The translations under genes and the position numbers were made by a program. Source: Naegleria gruberi (lineage: Eukaryota). From it: a DNA stretch of 64,000 nt. Positions 56,675 through 64,000 of this stretch are shown here, piece by piece. Numbering within the stretch: the stretch's first letter is position 1; each line of letters opens with the position of its first letter. The stretch lies in the NCBI GenBank assembly GCA_000004985.1, contig GG738845.1, one strand, 5' to 3'. Below the pieces are notes generated by a model. That model searched no databases. It saw nothing but the letters and a program-made list of their open reading frames with translations, and was not told the origin of the DNA.

Positions 56675-57282
56675 TTTCCTCTCTTTATATAAACTGAAGA
56701 TGATAAAATGACTAGAGTTTGATGAGTGATGATGAACAACAAACGGTACTTTTTTTTTAAAAAATAAAATTAATTTGAATTTTAATTATCAAATTTCATA
56801 GAGGAGGATTGGTCACAACGGTCAACGTTTATCGATTCTCATCATGGCAAAAACGATGACGACACATGATTACGCGGCAAAGAGAAGAGAGAACTTTTGG
56901 ATAACAACTTGTATGAGACATTGTCAACAAAGACCGACTACAAGTGGATAATGAAAATTACTTGAAACAATTTCCAAATGAATCAATAATATTTTGAGTA
57001 TATGAAAATCCTGATATTGGTTGACTGAATCAGTCATTACAACACTATTGGAATTTTAGATTGAAATACCAAAAGCAATCAATGGAGTTTAATTTGGTAT
57101 TTACAAAAAATCAAAAAAGTTTAGTGATTAAAAAAATTGCAACAATATTACACTTCCGAATAGCTTGCCTTCCTTCTAATTGATCATCTTCATCATCAGG
57201 ATATTATTTAATTAGATAGATTAATAATTTAGTGATTTTTGGATGAAAGAAAACATCAAATTCTAGAAACTCTAATTTTCAT

Positions 57283-59472
57283 ATGAATAATTCAACAGGA
57301 GAAAAGACACGATCATCATCATCGACTTCCTATACACCCATTCTACAAAATCAACAACAACAACAACAACAAGAAGGTTATTATAGTATTAATAATACAG
57401 AAGATTATATGAGTTTTGATCCTCGTAGACAAAATTATCAGAGAGGAAGTACCAACTATCCATTCACTCCACCATCATTAGCCTACACATCCCGATCGGT
57501 TTCATCCCCTAGAATTTCAATACCATCAAATAATGATTATTACGTAAGAGGAGGTACATCATCGTTTCAACAACCTTCAGCATTTTCACCGAGAGCTACT
57601 TCAAATGTACCAAATAGTTTTAATTCTAATTATTTACAAGTTTATGGCGTTCCTAAAAGCAGTAGAATACAGGATATGCCAATGGGATCATTGTATACCA
57701 GCTCTTTTGAGGATAATTATGGTAGAACTAGTGTAGGAGAGGATTATTATGAGGATGTGGAAGAGGAAGATTCTGATTTCACAAATGGAGAAGATAATTA
57801 TCACATTGTTACAGGAGATGGAGGGGATTTTTATGCTGATGTCAATAATCAAAATAATGATGTTTATTATACTGACAATGAAAGAGAGGAAAACCCAGAA
57901 CAAACATTATTGAATGAAAGAGAATCTAAAGAAACACAATATGAATCTTCGACGATGAAAAATTGGATCAGTAGATTATGTTCTTGTTGTTGTTCATCAT
58001 CAACATCTCGTCACCACGAAAATGAAACCTATAGAAAGGATACACCAACATGGAGATTATTCTTTGCTACCATGTGTTTTTGTGCCATGCAATTGTGTTG
58101 GAGTTTGCAAATTTCTCAGCTTACACCTCACATTTTGGAAATGAATTTTCCAAAAATTTGGATCACCCTAGTTTGGTTGTGTGGACCATTGTCTGGAATT
58201 ATTGTCCAGCCAATTGTTGGAGTTTGGTCAGATAGGTGTAAGAGTTCACTAGGTAGAAGAAGACCATTCATTCTTGTTGGGTCAATATTTATGGTGCTAT
58301 CTCTTTGTTTCATTGTCAACTGTTTGGATTTGGGGTATTTATTAGGAGACACTATAGATAACACAACCTGGTCTCTCACATTTACAATTATTGGATTTTG
58401 GATTCTTGACATTTCTCTCAACACACTACAAGGACCAGCCAGAGCTCTTGTAGCTGATATTGCTGTGCAGAGAAAGCAGGATAGTGCCAATGCCTTTTTC
58501 ACATTCTGGGTTGGACTTGGTAATGTAATTGGGTATGGTAGTAGCTTTATAGATTTTTCAGAATACATTCCAATGTATGCCACTCCACTGTGTAACAAGA
58601 CATGTGTCAATATGAAAGTCTCCTTCTACTTTTCCTCCATTGTAATTATTATTTCATGTATTGGTACTTTGATATTTGCAAAGGAGCAGAGTTTGGATGT
58701 TTTGAAAAATACTCTCTTCGACCAAGGAAAGAAACCAGACCGATTACAAGAGGATGACATGAATTTGAGGAATAGATTGAAGAAGTGGTTCTGCAATCCA
58801 AATCCAATTGTGAGACTTGCAAAGTACATTTACAAACTTCCAAGAACTATGAAAGTTTTGTGTATTTATCAGTTTTTCTCTTGGATTGGTTGGTTCTCCT
58901 TCTTGGTGTATATTACAGATTGGGTGGGAGAATCAGTTTTTAGAGGAAATCCTGATCCGCAACATCCTGCTTACCAACTCTACGAGACTGGAGTCAGATT
59001 TGGCTCTTTTGGATTGGCTGGGTTCAGTATTGTATCAATGATTTTCTCTCCTTTCATTCCAAGAATTTCCAAACGATATGGCAGCAAGGTACTTTTATTT
59101 ATTGCTCAAGTGATACTGAGCTTGTTATTATTAATGACCTTTTTCGTCAAGAACAAATACTGGGCAATTGTATTGATTAGTTGTTTTGGTGTTCCGTACT
59201 CTATTTCCAATACTCTTCCTTTCACTCTTTGCTCCACTTCGGCTGATGACTTTAATAAGGGTACCTATATGGGTATTCTCAATGTTTTTATAGTTGTTCC
59301 TCAGTTAATCATGTCAGTATTTAATCCAGTGATAGTCTATGTATTTGATGGTAATACTGTAGCTACACTAGTAGGTGGATCTATAGCAAGTTTATTCTCT
59401 TCAGTAATTGTTTGGTTCGTTAGAATTCCAAAAATTAGAAAAAAGAAGAGGAGAAATAACAACACGAATTAG
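57283..59472 (+). CDS. MFS permease of the SLC45 / plant sucrose-H+ symporter (GPH) family with ~240-aa low-complexity N-terminal extension
   Basis: Twelve predicted TM segments and the family signature LCGPLSGIIVQPIVGVWSDRCKSSLGRRRPFILVGS (PxxGxxSDR...GRRRPF) after TM2. A poly-Q stretch is encoded by (CAA)n at 57355..57372. Confidence 0.8.
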   Translation: MNNSTGEKTRSSSSTSYTPILQNQQQQQQQEGYYSINNTEDYMSFDPRRQNYQRGSTNYPFTPPSLAYTSRSVSSPRISIPSNNDYYVRGGTSSFQQPSAFSPRATSNVPNSFNSNYLQVYGVPKSSRIQDMPMGSLYTSSFEDNYGRTSVGEDYYEDVEEEDSDFTNGEDNYHIVTGDGGDFYADVNNQNNDVYYTDNEREENPEQTLLNERESKETQYESSTMKNWISRLCSCCCSSSTSRHHENETYRKDTPTWRLFFATMCFCAMQLCWSLQISQLTPHILEMNFPKIWITLVWLCGPLSGIIVQPIVGVWSDRCKSSLGRRRPFILVGSIFMVLSLCFIVNCLDLGYLLGDTIDNTTWSLTFTIIGFWILDISLNTLQGPARALVADIAVQRKQDSANAFFTFWVGLGNVIGYGSSFIDFSEYIPMYATPLCNKTCVNMKVSFYFSSIVIIISCIGTLIFAKEQSLDVLKNTLFDQGKKPDRLQEDDMNLRNRLKKWFCNPNPIVRLAKYIYKLPRTMKVLCIYQFFSWIGWFSFLVYITDWVGESVFRGNPDPQHPAYQLYETGVRFGSFGLAGFSIVSMIFSPFIPRISKRYGSKVLLFIAQVILSLLLLMTFFVKNKYWAIVLISCFGVPYSISNTLPFTLCSTSADDFNKGTYMGILNVFIVVPQLIMSVFNPVIVYVFDGNTVATLVGGSIASLFSSVIVWFVRIPKIRKKKRRNNNTN

Positions 59473-59687
59473 TATCAATAGGATTGAGTTTACTTGATTC
59501 AATTGAGATTTAATTTTCCAATTTGTTGGCAATTAGGATGAAGGTTATATTGCTTTTAGGCTGAGAGAATAACCTTAAATTTACCGCATAAATTATTTTC
59601 TTTCATTTATCCTCCTCTATAAAGAAAGGTTGGATTCTAAACTATGGATTTTCAATATTGTGCTATTTACATAATCATCTTAAACAA

Positions 59688-60137
59688 TTAATTCAACATT
59701 CCATTTTCAATAACTAGAAAATCAGATTCTGATATTTCCTTAAATCCAAATCTAAAAGCCATGCCCCAATTCTTCTTATTTGTAATAAATTCCAATTGAT
59801 CCAATACTGAATGAACAGAAAGTTCCTTCACATTCTTTTCAAATTCTACGTTCACTCTCCACGGTTTAAAATCTTCACTCATCACCACCTGATAGGGTTT
59901 ATCATCACTCTTTACAGTTCCAATTGCTGTAAACATTTGGCATGAATTTGCCTTTCCACTTTCTTCCATTTTAATTTTTGATGAATAGTAAACAACACGG
60001 TCGCCTGCCTTCATCCTCTTCAAGGGAGCAACCTTTCCGTGACAAGCTTGAGCAATAGAGAGCTCAATCCCTTTCCGAACATGATCTTTACTAGCAACGA
60101 TGAGAAAATACTTGATGGCACGAGTTGTTGTTTTCAT
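59688..60137 (-). CDS. Small EVE (PUA-like) domain protein, 149 aa
   Basis: KYFLIVASKDHVRKGIELSIAQ...LKRMKAGDRVVYYSSK...FTAIGTVKSDDKPYQ follows the EVE-domain pattern (kyWlm...mkvGDlvlfYhs...ivGiaev). It is a single-domain protein. Confidence 0.6.
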   Translation of the reverse strand: MKTTTRAIKYFLIVASKDHVRKGIELSIAQACHGKVAPLKRMKAGDRVVYYSSKIKMEESGKANSCQMFTAIGTVKSDDKPYQVVMSEDFKPWRVNVEFEKNVKELSVHSVLDQLEFITNKKNWGMAFRFGFKEISESDFLVIENGMLN

Positions 60138-60585
60138 ATTTTTTTAATGTTTTGAATTTGAGTGGATAACAGTTCAAGCGGGCAATAGAAATAGATTTTC
60201 AAAAATGTCCTCAGAGGACACTTTCTCATCTGCTGATTCAAGACACATTTTCAAAATTGAAACTTCTTTTGTTGAATTATTCTTGAAAATTCGAACTTCG
60301 TGAAAATCTTGAATATTAAAACGGAGATTTGAAAAGTAGTGTTTCTATGAAGATGGTTTAATAATTTAGATTAGTTTGGAAATGAGAAAGGTAAATTTAA
60401 CAAATTACTGACACTCGATAAAAGGGAAGTCTGTAAGTTTAATATATTGTTTTATGTAATTTCGCATTCCTGAAAATCAGTTCTGATTCAACATTGCTTT
60501 ATTGAGTTTTAATGTTACTAACTTCCAAGAAACTCTGTATATTAAATATTATTTACGTAAGTAGTAGTACTGAAATATTTACAAA

Positions 60586-61017
60586 TTAATTGTTCACTCT
60601 TTCCTTAAATCCACACTTTAGACATTCATAAAATACAGTTTGACCTTCGTCAGCCGAACGTAACTGCATTGTAAAGAATTTTCTTTGAGGATGATGACAT
60701 TTTGGACATGGTTCGTTGATGATAGAAAATTCATTACCCGAAGACTTTTCTTCCTTTAATCTTTCTTCTAATTCTGCAATCTTTGATTTTCTCGGGATGG
60801 ACATTTTGAAAGAAAATTGAACATCATTATAGTCAGTAATATTAAATCTAGCACCACAACATGAACAAGCCCATGTTGTTACTGTCGGAGCTGTTGGAAA
60901 AGACAATAATGTACCACATTCGTGGCAAAACATTTTTGAAGCATAGAAATGAATGTCGGAAGATTTAGTTGCTGTTATGCCAGTGGCAGTGGTGGTAGCG
61001 GTTTCGTTGTTACTCAT
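60586..61017 (-). CDS. RPA12: DNA-directed RNA polymerase I subunit RPA12 (A12.2), two zinc ribbons with TFIIS-type C-terminal ribbon
   Basis: N-terminal ribbon FCHECGTLL...CSCCG. C-terminal CPKCHHPQRKFFTMQLRSADEGQTVFYECLKCGFKERVNN matches yeast A12.2 CPKCGNKEMNYHTLQLRSADEGATVFYTCTSCGYKFRTNN. Confidence 0.85.
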   Translation of the reverse strand: MSNNETATTTATGITATKSSDIHFYASKMFCHECGTLLSFPTAPTVTTWACSCCGARFNITDYNDVQFSFKMSIPRKSKIAELEERLKEEKSSGNEFSIINEPCPKCHHPQRKFFTMQLRSADEGQTVFYECLKCGFKERVNN

Positions 61018-61182
61018 TTTTTTTGAATTTCAATTTAAAAATGAAAAATGTTAAATTGATGAGAATTTTGCAACTTTCTTGTGAGGTTAATTAGAAAATA
61101 CGAAATCTAAGTCATACCATGTACTTGAATAGATTAATTGTTTCCACACCACTTCTAACATGATAAGGTAAGCAACAAAATT

Positions 61183-61273
61183 TGATGAGTGTGGGATTTG
61201 AACCCACGCCCTTGCGGAACACGGTATTAATCATACCTTAACGTGTCGTCTTAGACCACTCGACCAACTCACC
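61183..61273 (-). tRNA. tRNA-Leu (anticodon AAG) with 11-nt intron, identical copy of 53935..54025
   Basis: 91/91 nt identical to the first copy. About 50 bp of 5' flank (atctNtaaattttttaatattacYattatgttgatttttgaRgaaat) and the 3' T-run are also conserved. Confidence 0.8.
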
Positions 61274-61607
61274 ATCTGTAAATTTTTTAATATTACCATT
61301 ATGTTGATTTTTGAAGAAATTTTAAATTAAGCATTAATTGAAATTTGTAAAGTGAGAGAAGGAAATTTAGTAAAAGATACAATTTATTAGTTATTAACAC
61401 AATTCCTTGAGTAAATTTTCTTGGAATCATTTGATAATGGTTCACGATTATCATGTTGGTTGGATTAGAGTTTCTTCTTCTTTTCGTACTGAAATCTTTT
61501 CACCTAATGACCTTTCGCGTTTAAGAGTGCCATTAACATGTTATTCTAGTTTCCAAACAGAGCTATCGGTATTTCTATAGTAAACTACGGGTTTTTCCAT
61601 TGAGGTA

Positions 61608-62634
61608 TTATTGAATATGATTTGTTTCTTCTTGAAATATATCGTTTTCAATTGATCTCAAATCAAGAATGGTTTGATTTTCATACTTTTGATTGAAATT
61701 TCTCCAATGAGAATTCATCATTGTTGATAAATATTTGGAACTCGAAAAATTATTTGAAATGGTAAAGTCTTTCTCTTCAAATCGAATGATAACTTGCTCT
61801 ATTAGTGGTATTTCATTTTCATTTGTTGTCAAATTATTGACATCGCAAGTCTTGAATGGTTCAATTCCAAATTCATCATATGGTTCAATAAATTCAAAAT
61901 CATTCACTACTTTTGACAGCCAATATAGTGCTAATTTCAAATCCATTTCAACACCCTCTCCTTTTTTGTAACAACAACCAAGATTAAATTGACCATCCTT
62001 GCACCCTTTTTCAGCAGCTTTGAAATACCACTCAAATGCTTTAACATCGTCTTGTTCTACTCCTATACCATCATCAAAGCAAACGCCAATATTTAATTGA
62101 GCTCTTGCATAACCCTTTTCAGCAGCTCTTAAATACCATTCAAATGCTTTAACATCGTCTTGCTCAACTCCTGCACCTTTTCTATAAATACATCCAATCA
62201 CAAACTGTGCATCTGTATCACCCTTTTCAGCAGCTTTTAAATACCATTCAAATGCTTTAACATAGTCTTGTTGAACGCCTTTCCCCTCCTCAAAAAATGC
62301 TCCAACATTAAATTGAGCAGTTGTATCACCCTTTTCAGCAGCTTTTAAAGTCCATCGTTCTACACAAGTGAAAAGACAAACTGCATAATATCGATACCAA
62401 CACAGCAACACAGGACCACTGATGGAGGAATTTATACAATTTTTTATTAGAAGAATAGGAAATCAATGCTGTTTGTTGATTTCTCTTCCAACCTTGATTG
62501 TATGGTGCATCTAAAATGACATAAATATTGGTTAAACCACAAAGTTCAAGACTGTCATTAATCGGATCTCTGGATGTGTAAGCGAGGATGAAGATAATCT
62601 TCTGATCATTTCCAGAAGGTATTGTTAACATCAT
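61608..62634 (-). CDS. Sel1-like repeat (SLR/TPR-like) protein; two exons complement(join(61608..62359,62398..62634))
   Basis: At least four consecutive Sel1 units (KAFEWYLKAAEKGDTDAQFVIGCIYRKGAGVEQDDV and relatives). A 38-nt GTATCG...TGTAG intron (62360..62397, phase 1) joins ORF 62335..62649 to ORF 61608..62411, creating a fifth canonical unit SCVAVL-E-RWTLKAAEKG. The listed start is GTG; the first ATG is at 62634. Confidence 0.6.
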
Positions 62635-63293
62635 GTTGTGGTGTAGCACATTGTAGGTTGTTGGCTTGTTTTTTTTTGTTGGAAAATTAAATTGTTATAA
62701 TAATTCTAACGGTTAATTTCAGCGGTAAAACACAAGAATGATCCTTTTTGCTTTCATTTTTGGACGCTCCGAACTTCTTCAACCAATTTTCAAAAAATCG
62801 AGCTGTGGTTAATTATTAGAAAAGGTAGATCACTAGGAACGAAATCTCACCATAAGAATATGTTATTTGATGTTGGCTTTCAGAATATATTCAAATCTTT
62901 GTCCTAGAACCTTTCATTCAAAAATAAGAAGAACTTTTTACAAAAAATCAAGGTTTTCCACTGTATTCTTCCTGAAAGTGACTTGAGAGAACCATAGCAC
63001 CTAGGAAAAGGATTTCAACGCCCTTATACATTAAACAGGGTCTATATTACAAAAATGTTATTATCTTGATCCTAGAACCTCTTCATTATATCAAACCAAC
63101 CATGCATACATGATTTTCAAAATAACTAGAGCAGAAGAAACAAATCTGAGAACGTATTCGTGTAGATCAGCCTCGATCTATATGAAAACCAAATAACAAT
63201 TCATCCTAGATATTATATTTATTTGGAGATTAGCTTGAGACAATAGTTACGCTTTGCGTTAACAGGACATTCCGCCCCCTTGCAAGAAATTGT

Positions 63294-64000
63294 TTATTCT
63301 GCTGGTTTGATGAGAATACCTTCAAAGAAAGAATTGGAAAGGATTTGCTTGGCACTTGGTCTCTTACTGGCATCCTTCTCCAGCAAAGATAAACAAATAT
63401 TAATCAATGTTGATGAATAATTTCCTGATTTTTCCATTTCCTTTGTTAATTTATCAATGGCTTCTTCCTCTCTATTCGAAATAAACATGTGACTGACAGC
63501 TGTGGTTGTGTCTTTGGTCATGATTTGATAGATAGCCACTCCCAATGAATAGATATCGGTGTTGAAACTGTACTTTCCTCCAGTTGCGAGTTCTAAAGAC
63601 ATGTATAAAGGAGTGCCAGCATAAGATCTGTCAACTGAACCCATACTTGCTTTGGCTAGACCAAAATCGGCTAATACAACATGAATATTATCGGAATCAA
63701 GGTCTCTAATAAAAATATTAGATGGTTTGACATCTCTGTGAATAACTTTCAGTTTTGTGTGAACAAAATTCAAAGCATCACAAATCTGATAAATAATCTG
63801 CTTTACCTTTCTTTCACTACACCATTCCGTATCGTTCATTAGCTTGAGTAAATCACCATTCGAATAGAAATCCATATCAATACACAATAATTGAGAATTA
63901 TCCACAAAAAAGTCATTAACTTTGATAATATTTTCATGATCAATGTTCATCAATTGAGAACCTTCTTTCATCATTCCATTCAATTCCTCAGCAGAAGAGT
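63294..64000 (-). CDS. Ser/Thr protein kinase, catalytic domain C-terminal part; 5' end lies beyond the window
   Basis: HENIIKVNDFF, VIHRDVKPSNIFI (catalytic loop), LADFGLAKA (DFG), GTPLYMSLE, DIYSLGVAIYQIMT. The frame is open to nt 64000; the listed start is TTG. Confidence 0.8.
   Translation of the reverse strand, partial: SSAEELNGMMKEGSQLMNIDHENIIKVNDFFVDNSQLLCIDMDFYSNGDLLKLMNDTEWCSERKVKQIIYQICDALNFVHTKLKVIHRDVKPSNIFIRDLDSDNIHVVLADFGLAKASMGSVDRSYAGTPLYMSLELATGGKYSFNTDIYSLGVAIYQIMTKDTTTAVSHMFISNREEEAIDKLTKEMEKSGNYSSTLINICLSLLEKDASKRPSAKQILSNSFFEGILIKPAE

Overview
This window is eukaryotic nuclear DNA, AT-rich (roughly two-thirds A+T overall, with near-pure A/T spacers) and gene-dense, with about 35 protein-coding genes on both strands. 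Spliceosomal introns are short (38-85 nt) with GTAAGT/GTATGT/GTAGGT donors and AG acceptors. A-rich Kozak contexts and poly-N/Q/D tracts are common. Several adjacent ORFs in the supplied track are really exons of single genes: the SENP8-like protease, Sec10, a three-exon ABCG transporter, a three-exon RhoGEF, a receptor-like membrane protein, a Sel1-repeat gene and a kinase-like gene.

Recognisable products are TAF13, deneddylase SENP8/DEN1, two tandem GT10 alpha-1,3-fucosyltransferases, mitochondrial monothiol glutaredoxin Grx5, alpha-aminoadipate reductase Lys2 (adenylation-thiolation-reductase), a ClpB-D2/AAA_2-like ATPase with degenerate Walker motifs, exocyst Sec10, an ABCG half-transporter with a large Cys-rich ectodomain, ELP6, a divergent group II chaperonin, a Dbl-homology RhoGEF, Arp6, a TBC/TLDc RabGAP, a mitochondrial carrier, an LEA-like repeat protein, RBMX2/Ist3, an ArfGAP, an SLC45/sucrose-transporter-like MFS permease, an EVE-domain protein, RNA polymerase I subunit RPA12, a Sel1-repeat protein and two protein kinases.

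The intact Lys2 indicates the alpha-aminoadipate lysine pathway, so the source is most likely an AT-rich, intron-poor, early-diverging fungus or close relative. This is inference, not proof.

The most unusual region is a 3.6-kb A/T-rich island without an intact gene (50.4-53.9 kb). It holds a frameshift-decayed AAA+ ATPase relic that the ATG-anchored ORF track cannot see, and duplicated pseudo-coding fragments next to an intron-containing tRNA-Leu(AAG). An identical tRNA copy, including about 50 bp of 5' flank, lies 7 kb away. A frameshift-interrupted ORF cluster with an HTH-like N-terminus sits beside the first tRNA. No CRISPR arrays, rRNA or prokaryotic operons are present.
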